Assembly: GCF_006345805.1 (NCBI RefSeq)
Contig: NC_043001.1
Location: 10,416,001 to 10,480,000 of the forward strand
From: Octopus sinensis
Taxonomy: Eukaryota
Direction: 5' to 3'
DNA: 64,000 nucleotides
How positions within the stretch are numbered: the first letter of the stretch is position 1; each line of letters opens with the position of its first letter. Below the pieces are notes generated by a model. The model made no database searches. It was not told the origin of the DNA and worked only from the letters and a program-made list of their open reading frames with translations. A program made the translations under genes and the position numbers. Shown piece by piece: positions 38,401 to 52,584 of the stretch.

Positions 38401-41400
38401 CACATAGGATGTAAGGAAAGAGTGACTTGTTTTGTTTCTGTTAGTTTGTGCCAAATTTTATAGTCTAAATTACAATGTTTGAAAATTATTCTCATTAATG
38501 CATAAACAAGATTAGTTTTGGCGTGTCTGTTGGAATAAATCTCCATATTTAATTAGTTTTCCAGACAATGCTATTCATTAACTTGGCACTTCTTTTGCTC
38601 TAAAGCTTCGAATTTTTCAGTAATTTCATTATATTTTGCAAGTATGTTTTTTCTTCCCATTGATTCAAAAAGCCTGTCAACAAGAAAGTAATCTTTTTTC
38701 CTTAAAGTGCTTGGGGTAATTTACACAGTTTCTGTCACCATTACTATGTGATTGTATATGCAATATAAGCAAAATGGACTGCATAATAATAATAATAATA
38801 ATATAATGTCCTCATCCACCTGCTGACAGGTAAAAGGCAGTGAAGAAACTGAATACCACCAACCAACCTGATATCAACAGCTTCCATGGCTCTTGATAAA
38901 CTGACATACAAGAGGAACCTGTTGAATTTTTGTCCTCGTCTGGGTGTAGACTATCCTCTCAGGATAAATATTTATTTATTCCATGCAAGTGGACAATAGA
39001 TGGTATCAATTACTTCAATGGGAATTCAGAATAAAAACTGAAAATTTGACATCTGTACTTTTTAAAATGACATTAGCACTAATCATGGAGTGAAACAGAT
39101 TTGATCAGAAATGTTTCCAATTCCTGAGAATATAGAATTCTGTCATTGCATGTGTACCATTTTGAAATGGGCTGAGAAAACACCTGCAAAATGGTTTGCA
39201 GTGCAGGTTATTAATTAGTAGAACTATTCAAGTTTCAGCTCTTTTGCCAGACTTTACCTGATTTTAGAAAAAAAAATCACGTTACCGTTTTGTTATAATG
39301 TCTGTATCATGAAAGTTAGTTCCCTCCCGAGTAATTAGTGTTTTGTTTGTTGAAAGGTTTAGTCCCCACTTTTATTAATTAGTATCAGGTGATAATAGTT
39401 GAAGCAAAATTAATAATAAATTTCAGTATTATGTTGTTTCAATCCCATATGGTAGCCAACAGTTGCATCCAGCACAGTGTTAATGTCAGGTGAATAGATC
39501 TGTACATTTAGCTATATTATTTAATGCAAGAATCTAACCTCAAGCTAATTCATTTGCATTTTTACTGAAGCTAATGAAGGAACCCCTTACAGTGTAGCTG
39601 TGCTGTAGTTTCCAGGAAATCTCGTTGGGGTATCATATTAAAGTCGTCTTTAATGATACAGAAAAGAAACAAAGATTTACCTTGTTATAATTCTCTGTCA
39701 TTGACACAGCTACTATTTTTTTTTGCTATTCTTTTGACTGTAATTTGATTTTTTGTTTGTTCAGTTTTTTTGTTTTTGTTTGCAGTTTTTCTTTTTTTTT
39801 TTTTAGTTTATGTGAATATCATAGATTTTTTTCTAGTTTTTACAGAATTATTGGAGCTGGAGATGTCAAAGTATTATTCATAATATGATTATCACATTTC
39901 CTCAAATCTGATTTTCCTTCATATTTTACAAATTATAATTGAAGAAAATCTTTGAAACTTCTCATAATACTTGCATAAAATGCTGCTTCATCAAAATTCC
40001 ACCTAAGTTTAGTCTAGACATAAGACACGCATATAGTGTGAAGTATTTTTCAGTTTCTACTTGAACTCACATGAAATGTAAATAGTATATATATATATAT
40101 GTATATATACCAAACTCTTTGCTTTTCCTATTGTAGATCCTCCTGCCAGTCCGACAATTTCTGGTTACAACCCTGGTAGTGCTGTACACTCTGGTGAATC
40201 TGCAAAGTTAACTTGCACAGCCATTGGGGGAAACCCTTTAGCTTCCCTTAAATGGTATACAAGTAAGTACACCTGTGTAATTAATGTCCATTTCATCATA
40301 AATTTTAAGGAATACCAGTAATTTAGTCCATAATTCTTTCATTTTATCTGTTATTTTCTCACTATTTGTTTCAGGTTCTTAAATACATTGACATGGACAA
40401 TCTTTAGTTTAAAAAGAAAAAGAAGCATTATTATTGTTAGACCAATTTTATTAATCATATTTAGTTTAAGGTGTGTGACTGAGGACATAATATGGCTTCC
40501 AGGTAAACTAAGTTTTAAGATGAAGATTGAATATATATTGTTGTATTCGGGGATGGTCATGTTGCCAGTTTAGCCAATGAAAACACATGCACTATATATA
40601 TATCCGGCAGTTGCCATGATAGATCGGTAGCCACTACACTTTTTTTTTCTCTCCTTGTTTTTTCTGTATCCCTTTCTGTAGAAGAGCGTAGGTTCGAAAC
40701 GTAAAAGACTTTTTCTATTCCTGAGTGTTATACTAATACATCTGTTTGTTTTGTACACCACCTGTCTTCATCTTTTGTGTTTTTGTGAACTCTCCCCCTA
40801 TTTATAAATATATATATATTCAAGGGTGAGTCAAAAAGTAATGCCATTTTGTTTAGGACAGGTATAATTACCAGCACAGGAACATGTATCATACTTCAAG
40901 ATGAAGCTTATTATGAGTTTATTGTTTTTTCTTATGGTGAGAAATTGACCAGAATGACACCTTGAGAATCCCAAAAGACAGTCGCCATGGTTTTTCCAGA
41001 TGACTTTTGCATCTTGAACTTTTTCAGTGGTGATGACGTAGAATGGCGCCATTCCATTGACTGCTTCTTTGATTCCGGTTCATAATGATGATCCTTCGAA
41101 AGAAGGTATTGTCTCTTTGACTTTGTAGTGAAGAAGTGGCTCAAAGAACAGTCAACAGAATTTTACAGGGCAGGGATACATGCTCTCATTCAAAGGTGGA
41201 ACATTGCTGTTGAGAGAAACGGTCACTATGTTGAGAAGTAGGGATGTGATCCACAGAGGACCAGCTTCCTTTTGATGTATGATACATGTTCCTGTGCTTG
41301 TAATTATACCTGTCCTAAACAAAATGGCATTACTTCCTGTCTCACCCTCATGTGTGTGGAGCTATACTCCCTAATATTATTATAATTATTATTATATTGA

Positions 41401-44400
41401 AAGCTTACATTTATTGAGTGTATTTAATCTCCATTTTGTATGTTATGGAACTTACAGGTAAGATGGAACCGCTATTTTGGATTGAAGGATATTCCAATAC
41501 CTTCTAGGAATTTATGTATTGGTTTATGTCTATCACTGTTTGAAATGCATAATAGTGGTTTTATCTCTAATTTATATTATATATATATACATACTATACG
41601 TTTTCATTGGCTAAACTGGCAACATGACCATCCCCAAATACAACAATATTTGTTTCAACACACGAATTCACATCAAGAATCTTGCAAAACAAATATATGA
41701 ATATATATTGTTTTGTTGAATTAACATCTTCATTTTCTCTGCACTTTTTATAATTTTTGTGTACATTTATTACAAGTGTATTGTGTTAGGGAAAGATTTT
41801 CTCTCTATTGCTCCATTTTAACTGAGAGAGGGTATCCATGGCTCTAACTTCACTGAAACTAAATGAGGCCCAACTCGGTTGATATCACGAGGCTTTCAGT
41901 TGCCTAGCATCTGTGTCTTCGCTTGCAATTACAATATCCAGTTTATTTCAGACCAAAGAAGTAAAATATTTATTCTTGCATTGAATTAATTCTCTGCATT
42001 AGGATATGATATGGTGTCATTGGTATATATCTGAACTTACTCAAGGGTGCTAATTTATTAAGCTTCTAATAAAAGAATCCTCCGTTACGTAATTTTATTT
42101 TAAAGATGTCAACAGCTGAGATGTCACCCGAAATATTTTAATTTCACTTGTATAGAAAATGTTTACTTATTATCTGTTCCTGAACAGAGGAATGGTGTCG
42201 CAACTCTGCTTATTAGATTTAGCTCATGTGTTGTGAATTATTAAGAATCCTAGTGTAGAATCTGTTATATGTCGTTTGTAATGAAGAATGTATATATGAG
42301 TAGCAACTGTGAAGTTGGCTAATGCCATTGTCATGAGATTTGATAGTTTTAGAATTACATTCAGCAGATCATTGATGAAGCGCCAAAGAAAAAAAAAGTA
42401 TTACCTTCAGGAATTTCAGAATTGTCTGAATGACAGTCGCAGAACACTTTGTATACCCTTGCTACAATAAAATAAGCAAAGGATGATATTGCTAATCTAT
42501 ATTGTTGGATACACTATGATATCTATATTCCTATCATCACAGCTTGCACTGTGATTCTCTAGGTTGAAAGATTACTGGTCTGTACCAGAAGCGTTTAGCA
42601 AGCTTTGCCTTGCAACTTACATTCCATTTTATATACACCTCACCACCATGTTTTCCAAATTAAATTTAATTTTGTTAATGGACTAAACAGAATCAAATTC
42701 CCATGCCAGTTTGAGAACACAGTTAATGTCCAAATTATGTGAGGGTGCTTAATTTTCTCTGAGGAAATAACTTGTTAGTTGGCTCATTACAAGACCTATT
42801 TCTTAAGGAAAAGTTTAAACTATGATGTTGATGTATATTGTTGTGGCTGGCAGTGTTTGTACAAAGGACTTTTAACCAAAGGTTAACAAATTATATTTTG
42901 TTACTGACACTTTACTGTGTCTAGGGTTAAAATACTTGTCTTGATGTGGTGGGTAGTTACAGCTTGTTCGTGAGTGAGAGCTCAACATAGTCCTTATCTT
43001 GCATGATCGTTACTGCATCACCTTACTAGCACTTGTGCTGGTGGCACATGAAACATTCGAGTGAGGTCGTCACCAGTGCCGCTGGACTGGCTCCTGTGCA
43101 GGTGGCACATAAAAAGCACCATTTGGGTGTGGCCATTGCCGGTACCACCAAACTGGCCCTCATGCTAGTGACACGTAAAAGCACCCACTACACTCTCAGA
43201 GTGGTTGGCATTAGGAAGGGCATCCAGCTGTAGAAACTCTGCCAGACCAGATTGGAGTCTGGTTCGCCAGACCTCAGTCAAATCATCCAACCCATGCTAG
43301 CATGGAAAGCGGACATTAAATGACGATGATGATGATGATATGTTGAATTTATATCCCCCCCCCATGTTTGTAGAGACAGTCAAAGGATGCCTGTCCAGCA
43401 TTCAGCTTTGAGTGTAAATCCTCAGTTACCTTTAACATTGGATCTTTACTTTTGACAATGCGGTTATGCATATTCAATTTAATCATGGACAGATGTACAC
43501 AACCCAGTGGAAGTTTCGTTCAACCCACATATCATCATCATCATCATTTAACGTTCGTTTTCCGTGCTAGCATGGGTTGGATGGTTCTGGGAAGCCAGAA
43601 GGCTGCACCAGGCTCCAATCTGATCTGGCAGTGTTTCTACAGCTGGATGCCCTTCCTAATGCCAACCACTCCATGAGTGTAGTGGGTGCTTTTTACATGC
43701 CACCGGCACAGAAGCCACAATGTTAAAACCATTCATGTCTTCAGGGCCATCGTAAATACTTTTTAATGTGTAAACTGAATATTTTTTTGCGATGGGGAAA
43801 AGACAGAATGCTCAAGATGCACATATTTTTTTTACATTTTCTCCTTATAATATTTGATACTTATGTAATATCTGGTAATTCATTAAATTTGTAACCCAAA
43901 TATTTCACTGATGAATATTCATATTGGCGCCAACTAATCTGTTATCTTGCTTTGGCTAAATGGACAGACAGGAGGATAGAGAATGCAATGTTTGAAGTCT
44001 TACTACTTTATTTTATAAGTAGGACCTATTAACTCTCCTGATTACATAACCAATGCATTTGGTGTTCTTAGGGAATTAATGTAACAGCCGTATCACCAAA
44101 GTTAATCTCAAAAGACTCAGTTCCGTCAGTGTTGTACTAAATCTTCTTTATAGTGATCTAGAACCTGCCATAACTGCAATAGCAACAGTCTCCATCAATT
44201 GCGGCTTGGAGACATTGAGAACTTTTGCCTGGCCAACATCAAAGCAATCCATAACGTAGAGTGCAAGACTAAATCCTGGTCATTGATATAAGAAAGATTT
44301 TATTAAGAAATGAAATGATTAATGAATGTGAAATGGGAATTAGAAGAACCAGCTAAGTCCTCGTTCACTAAGAAGTCAACTAGGAATTAAAATCATCCAT

Positions 44401-45911
44401 TGTTTGTTTGAGGAAGTGAAGAGATATAAGCAGGAAGTCAGAATACATAATTAGTCTCGAGTGAAAAATATGTGGTAGCCATATGAATGATTCCAGTTCT
44501 CTATAATATTAATCAAGGAATTAGGGCTGCATAAAACTTGCTAATAGCAACAAAAAGGAAATGAAAGAGTGATAATATTCGCTATCAATACTTTTTACTT
44601 CAGTTACCCCTGCACACATTGGTTCACACATATGTACAGCTTTTAAATGCATAAATGTTGTTCACAAAGTACTTCCAGTGTATGATTAAAATTCTGACTG
44701 TTAATTTCAGGAAAATCTTCAAAATGAAAAGAAAATTCCTTCATATAGCTGAACTTTGTTAATAAATCTATCTAAATTTTCTGCTTTTAAATTAATATTG
44801 CATTAGTTTAATGTAAATTTATCTCTTCAAATGAGAATAAATTGTTGAAGGAGAAAATAGTTTATCAGAGAAAGGGATTAAAATTACAAAAGTTTAATAA
44901 AGTATTTAAAAATATAATCATGCTATGTTTACAGTTGGTTTATTAACATCTTGTTTGTTCCAAAACTTAAATTAAATATCTCATGTTATTTTTGTGGCAT
45001 GATTGCTTTTAATTCTACTGAGCTTACTTTTTCTTTGTTGATGTTGGTTTCTGATCTGTAAACTCCATAACTTCAGTAACTTAAAAATTTAAATCTTTTA
45101 ATTAAACCATTCTTTGAAAGCACATAGTATTTAAGAAAAAAAAAATGAAAATTGCAAAAAAAAATATTGTGAAATTTTGTTATCTTTACCATTTGAAGTA
45201 ATCACAGAAACCTTGTTGTCAGGTCTAATGTTAGCTTTCGGTGTTAATCAGAACTATCCCCCATACTCTTGAGAGAATAAAATCCTATATATAACATGCT
45301 GACAAGACTATCTCACAGCTATGTTGTAAAATATTCCTGTCATCATTTGTCAACTTAAAATTCGATGTAGTCTCTGTTATTTTTCTATATAGAATGAATG
45401 GTGCTGCCTGGAAATTTTTGAATATTCATACCAAAAATATATCAATCCTAAAAATGGAAACTCTTGTGCATTTTTTTCTTTCAGTTGTGTACCAGTTCTG
45501 AACATTGCTCTTGCATTTTATTCAATGTTTTTAATGTTCTGATGTCAAAATAGTTTACATATATTTTAAAGATGTTGGTACGTTCTGCTACATTTATATG
45601 CGTGTGTGAAAAATTCAGAAAACTGAGAATATCTTTGTGTTTAGATGTTACATTTAAGATGATCCCTTGAGAGTACCTGTCATAAAATCTAATTTGAGAT
45701 TTATTTTGTCATGTTATCAGGTTTATTTGATCATCATCATTTAAACGTCTGCTTTTCCATGCTTGCATGGGTTGGATGCAATTTTATTGAGGCAGACTTT
45801 CTGCATCCTGTCACCAAACTGCACCTGATTTCAAGCATAACCAGACATGTTTTTGCAGAATAGTGACACTCATTTACAACTATTATACAATATCAAGACA
45901 AGGTGTCTAAG

Positions 45912-45951
<40 letters not shown>

Positions 45952-48900
45952 GTTTGTATCAATGAAATCTTATAAAGTGGGGGGTTAAATTTATAAAGGT
46001 GACAAACTTGCTTAAAATGCAATTGGGAGTTAGCGTAGGATTGCAGCTGGGGTGCATTTTGTGGCGGACTAAATATAAACCATTTTCAGGTATTCCAGAT
46101 TACTAGATAATGTCACACACAATTCTCACCTACAACATCTCAATACAGAGTCCCTTACTCTGTCATACGGTGGTCTTTGAGGAAGCTCTGGATCGATAAA
46201 TGGCTTGTGAATGTTGTACAAGCCATGTACAGGGTGGTTGTCAACATGATGAGTATTAGCCATGAATATAGTGAGAAATTTAGTGTACAGGGAGGCATTC
46301 AACAGGACCTGGTTCTCACTCCCTTTCTATTCATCATTGTTCTCCAGTTTATAACAGGAATTTAAACCTAGCTTCCCCTGGGAACCACTGTGTATTGATT
46401 ATCTTGCTCTCTTAGCAGAATCTGTAAGAAAATTAGAAAAGAAATTACAGGTGTGGAAGCAAAACCTGGAATCAAAGTATCTTAAAGTTAACTTAGCAAA
46501 GACCAGGGTTCTAGTAAGCAAGAAAACAGACAGCAGCTTACCTCAGGTAAATGGCTCTGCTTGATATGTAGAAAAGGTGTAAGCAGTAATTCTTTATAGT
46601 GTACCTAGGTGCAAACTACAGACTCCTATATCTCCCATCTTACCCTTCTACATACTGGTTTTTCCCATCTTCAGCACCCCCACCCCTGTTCAGCTCTTAC
46701 TACATTAACCTCTACTCCCACCTGTTTACTCTCAACTCCTTTCATGACCCACTGTATCCTCTCATGTTCACCTTCTTGTACCTTGATAGTTTGCTCTAGC
46801 ACCTCATCACTACCTTCCTTTTATCTCCTTCAGCTGTGTATCTCCTGTCTCACATACACATGCATGCACACCTTGGTTTTGGGATCACCACTACTTTATT
46901 GTCTCCCCTTCTTAACTCTCTTGTGTGACCCCTCTATCCGGCATTCACCATGATAGATTGCTAGCCACTAAAGTATTTTCTATTCTCTCTCCCTGTTTAT
47001 TTCTGTGTTCCTTTCTGTCAAAGAGCGTAGGCTCGAAACGTAAAAGACTTTCTCACTTCCTGAGCATTAAACTAATACATCTGTTTGTTGTTTACACACC
47101 CGTCTTCATCTTTTTTTTGTAAATTCTCACTATCTCCTCTATAGCCAGACACCTGTGCTTGTCCCTCTATTAAACTTTAGCCTTTCAACACCTTCATACA
47201 GCCACCCACCTCCACCTTCCCCTCCCAAATACTTGCTCTTTTCCTTGTTCTCTTGTGTCTTACAAGTCACATGGCACCCTCATTCGTGCTGGTGGTTCAA
47301 AAAAGGAAAAAAAATATGGCATCCATTACACTTTGTAAAGTAGTTGGCATTAGGAAAGGGCAACCAGTCACAGAAGCCATGCCAATGATGACACTGGAGT
47401 TTGATGCAGCCCTCCACCTCACTGATTCCCAGTCAACCCCTCCAACCCATGCCAGCATGGAAAACAGACGTTAAACAATGATATTGATGAAAATATGTTT
47501 TTCGGAGAGTTTTTGCAATCGGTGCCAGAGTTCTGTACACTTGTTTTTGTATCTTTATTGGTAAATTTCCATGGATGTAGTGTGAGGTTTCTCATATGAA
47601 TGTATTGCGTGATACAAGATGGCTTCGGTTTCAAGGTTTTTAGATGTCTTCAGTTAATATGGTTTGGACATTTAAGCTATTTGTTCTTGTGTATTTGGTC
47701 TCTTACAATAATGAGTTCATTTTTGTGATTTCTATATTTCTTTGTTGTCTTCTACAATTTATGTTTTTTTCCTTTTGTTTATACGACTTATATTTCTTTT
47801 TGAATTTATTTGCAAATAGCTCTTTTTTAATGCTGTGATATTTTGAGGTTACACGAATTGTTCTAATATGGAAAGCAAACATTCTATTTGTATCAAACAG
47901 TTTGTTTCATTGTTTGGATTATTAATTGCTTACCAAACTGTGTGCATATTATTTTGATGGTATCCTTAATGGTTGTACTAAGTGTTTAAATTAGTTATAT
48001 GTAGGTCCGAGGTAATTTATTGAACTATATCAGCACAGAGAATAAACATTAAAAAAATTAAAGTTGTCTTTTTTTTTCACCCCATTTGTTTCTTTTTTTG
48101 TTTTTTTGTGTGCAATCTAAAATAGGTTTCTTCTAGAATATATTTTCTCTCTGAATTTCGGATATGTTTTGTGAGAATAGTATTTGTTTGTCGGTACAAG
48201 TTCTGTTTGCAGTACTTGTGTCAATAGTTCTGTGTGGCTTTGTGTTAGTTTTGAGTGATGACTGCAATGAGTATTGGTAGAAAGTCAAAATTTAGTGGTT
48301 GTCATTTGTTTATGTGCTATTAAGTATATTGATGCTACAGTTATAAGTGAGTAGTTTGGCTGGTGGTATGTGCAGCTATCAGTTTTAGATTGTATGGAAT
48401 GAATATTGTGATTTTATAAATAGTATTGCCAAAATGGTTAGTTGGTTGGTTGGTGTATATATTGGAGAATGAAAAAAATTTTAGTGAAGAACATTCATTG
48501 ATGTTTGTATTACTTATGTAATATATCGTAAAAGAATGTCCAGTATTTTGTTCTGAGTTTATTTCTTAATTTGCAGAGATAGGTGGACAGCAGAAGTGTG
48601 GTTTTCTTGGGTGTGTATGTATATTGAAAGATTGAAAGCAATTGTAGTTAAAAAAAAAGCTGTTGTTTTATGAAATTGTATTACATTATGCAAGTAATCA
48701 TATTGTTGTCTTGCCTGTGGTCTCTTATATTAGCATATTGATGCCGAAGCTTGTGGACTTATTTGATTATTTCTTTTACTTTCATTTCCTTTACATTATG
48801 ATGCAATTCATGATGTTGGTATTTATTCTACTGCTGTCTACTTACAATATTTTCATTTCTTTTTTTTTTTGTTCAATTGTTATTAGTTTCTGTATTGTAT

Positions 48901-51900
48901 TGGACATGGAATATTTTAGTGTTGTTTGTTAAGTGAGGAATTTTTGTCATTATCAGTAATTTTCTTTGTTTAACCCCTGGTCATCCCTGATTCAGCAGAT
49001 CTATGATCAAAGGCATTCTAATGGTGACCTTCTCCTCCTTCCATTCTGTATGGGACATTATTTTTAGGTCTACCTTTTGGGACATCATTGCACATTATGT
49101 AATCATTTATCATGTACTTGTTTCAGTCATTGGGCTATGGCCATGCTGGGGCACCACTTTGAAGTATTTAGCCAAACTACTTTTCCCCAGTACTTACTTT
49201 TTAAGGCCTGGTACATATTCTGTCAGTCTCTATTGCTGAACTGCTAAGTTACAGGTAAATAAATCAAAACTGGTTGCCAATAAATAGGTGTGTGTGTGTA
49301 TACAGTAGGTGTCTTTCAGTTTCTGTTTACCAAATCTACTCACAAAGCTTTGGCCAGCTTGGGGTTATAGTAGAAGACACTTACCTAAGCTGCCACACAG
49401 TGGGACTGAACCTGGATCCAAAAATCAGCTTCAGTGGAATTTGTACACAAGAACAGTAGTGTTAAAGATAAGTGCAGTAACTTGCATGCTAATATGTCTA
49501 CAGTAGGCCTTGCATTATGCTGCAACAGTAAACCACATTAGTGCATACGGCATGAAGTAAGGGTACTCCGGGTACATAGGTAGAGAGTGAGGGGAGAGGA
49601 GGAAAGGGTGCTAATACGAAGGTGCAGACTATCCTGGTTAACTGCTAAGTGATCATTTTAGGTTGTGATTACCATTAATCACCATCTTATTGAGAAGGTA
49701 AGGGCTATCAGTTGTGATTATGGTGATGGCTCTGAGTAAGTGAAGTCTGCACCTGTGCCCAGAGGGTTTACAGGGAGTGGCTACAGTGACAATTGAATAG
49801 TTGGATCTAAATTTGACCAGCTGGTTGATTATCGACATGACCTCCCCTGCCAAGAACCCCCTTGGGTGTTGGTGCAGACTTTGCCAACGATAGGCCGTCA
49901 TCATAATCACAGCTGATAGCCCTTCCCTTCTCAATAAATGCAACAAGCTGGTGATTAATTATGATCACAACCTGAAGTGCCGACTTAACACTTATTCAGG
50001 GTGGTCTGCAACTCTATATTAGCACCCTGTCCTCCACTCCCCTCACTTTCCTCCTCCTACCCTACATATGTACCCAGTGCCCCCTTACTGCATCTTGTAT
50101 ATTCTCATGATTTATTGTTGCAGCATAGTGCAATGCCTACTGTGGGTGCATTTGTGTACTCGTTATTGTAATCAACTTAATTACTTGATTATTACTGTTA
50201 CATTCTGAGGCCGACTTCATCTGTCATCCTTTTGGGGTTGATGAAATGGGTACCAGTCACGTACAGCTGTTGCTGGTGATTGGCTAACACTCACCACCTC
50301 AGATTTTGGCCCTGTGCTTTGGTAGATTGGATTATTATTATTATTATTATTATCATCATTATTATTATTATTATTATTATTATTGTTATATAACTTCAAT
50401 ATTTGGTAGATTGAGGCAAATTTCTACTGTATCGCCTGCTACACCTCAGTGTTGTTGGGGTGTGTGCAGCATTGCGTGTTCTGTTCTGCGGTTGGGAATG
50501 TCCAAACTCTTTGCGGAACTGTATTGAGTTTTTGTTTTTATCCTTGAGGCATGGTGCTGTCTTTTGTTGCATTACTGCTTATATTTTGTGTTGAGTGTGT
50601 AATGCTTTGGTTTTCTAGCTTGCTGGTGGGAGTTTATTTCACTGGATAATTGCTGTCTAGAGTGTGTCTTGTATTTGTGAGTTGTTTTGTTAGGTTGTAT
50701 TATTGGATTGCTAGTGTCTTGTGTAGGATGTGGGCTGATCCTAGGAGGGCTATTTTTTGGACAGTGTGTGGTGTTGAGGATCCAGGCATAGTTTCTACAT
50801 TTTTGTTCTTATGAATTTTTATCATGACCATTGCTCCAATTATTTTTGGTATTGTTTTTACCCTCATGCTCCACATTTTGAATACTTCAATTTAAAGATT
50901 TTATCATTAGTGGTTGTGTGGTAAGAAGCTTGCTTCATAATCACATGGTTCTAGGTTCAGTCCCACTGTGTGGTACCTTGGGTAAGTGTCTTCTACTATA
51001 AACTCAGGCCGACCAAAGCCTTGTGAGTGGATTTGGTAGATGAAAACTGTAAGAAGCCTATCGTGTGTGTATATATATATTATATATATGCATGTATTAT
51101 TTGTGTCTCTATTTGTCCCCACCAGCCATTGCTGGACAACCAATGTTGGTGTATTTATGGCCCTGTAACATAGCAGTTTGGCAAAAGTGACTGATAGAAT
51201 ATGCACTGGGCTTACGAAGAATAAGTCCTGGGGTCAATTTGTTCAACTAAAGGCTGTGCTTCAGCATGGCCGCAGTCAGATGACTGGTTGGTAAGCAAGT
51301 TACTTACCACACAGCCACTTACCACACAGCCACTTACCACACAGCCACTCCTGCACCTACTTACCACACAGCCACCACTCCTTTTGTATATTTATAAAAG
51401 AGCTAGAGAGTAGAGAGAGTTGTATACATCCAGTCGACAATTATGAGATAGATCAGCACACTTCAATTCATTGGATAGGATTTATAATTGACTCCCGTCA
51501 GCATGTTTTCATATCTATGGAAGGGAAAAACCATCCACTATCTGGTACTGATGATGTCGTTTTCTTGTTTTATTACTAGAAAACATATACGTATTGTCTA
51601 GATCTTTTTTCATTGAAAACAGCCTTGCTGGAAATCTATGTAACTAGATGACTATAAAGATATCAATATCCCCCTTGGTATACTAGGTTTCTTTTACTTT
51701 GTTTTTCCTGAAAGATTAAATTCTATGACAACCAGCAGAACAAAAATTATTATTCTTAGGTGAAATCTGGTTTTTATCAGGTTACTCTAGGAATAATCTT
51801 GCAGATTCTAAGCAGATGAGAATACTCTAAAAGCTGTTTCTCTTAGGCAGAAAGAACTTAGATATTAATTACCTGCTTAGAGAAAAGCTATACACACATA

Positions 51901-52547
51901 TACAAATACATGTCTTTTTTTCTCTCTCTTTTCAATGATACTATGGTATTCAAGAAGAAAATATTTGCTGTAACTTCTGAAATATCATATTATATAGTGT
52001 TTGTGTATGTATGTATTAATGTATGTGTGTTTATAGAATATGTATATATATGTGCATATGCACAAACATATCACATTGGGGAAAGTAATTTTCTTGTTGA
52101 AATGGCATTGTTAACATATCTGATAGTTTGGGGATGAAATTTAAGATCTTATGCAATTTATACTTACTATTATAAAATATTGCTGTCTTATATTCATATT
52201 AAAAAGTAGATGATCGATGTTGGGTTTTTTTCCCCCATTTTTTATCATCAATTTAATATCTGATAATAGTAATTTAAACTATGAACTTTGTTTTTGGAGA
52301 AGAGATAGTTTTAATATTTAAATCTATGCTAAGGTGGCAAGCTGACCGAATTGGTAGCACACTGGGATAAATGCTTGGCAGCATTTTGTCCTTCTTTACA
52401 TTCTGGGTTCAAATTTTGCCAAGGTTGACTTTGCCTTTCATCCTTTCAGGGTTGATAAAATTAGTACCAGTTGAGTACTGGGGTTGGTGTAATCGACTAG
52501 CCTCCTCCGCCTTCCTCAAATTGCTGGCTTTGTGCCAAACTTTGTTC

Positions 52548-52584
<37 letters not shown>

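Noticed and set aside
47490-48960. T/G-skewed stretch as a LINE or Penelope ORF on the minus strand
   Set aside because: The strand skew is suggestive, but I could not recover any recognisable RT or endonuclease motif.
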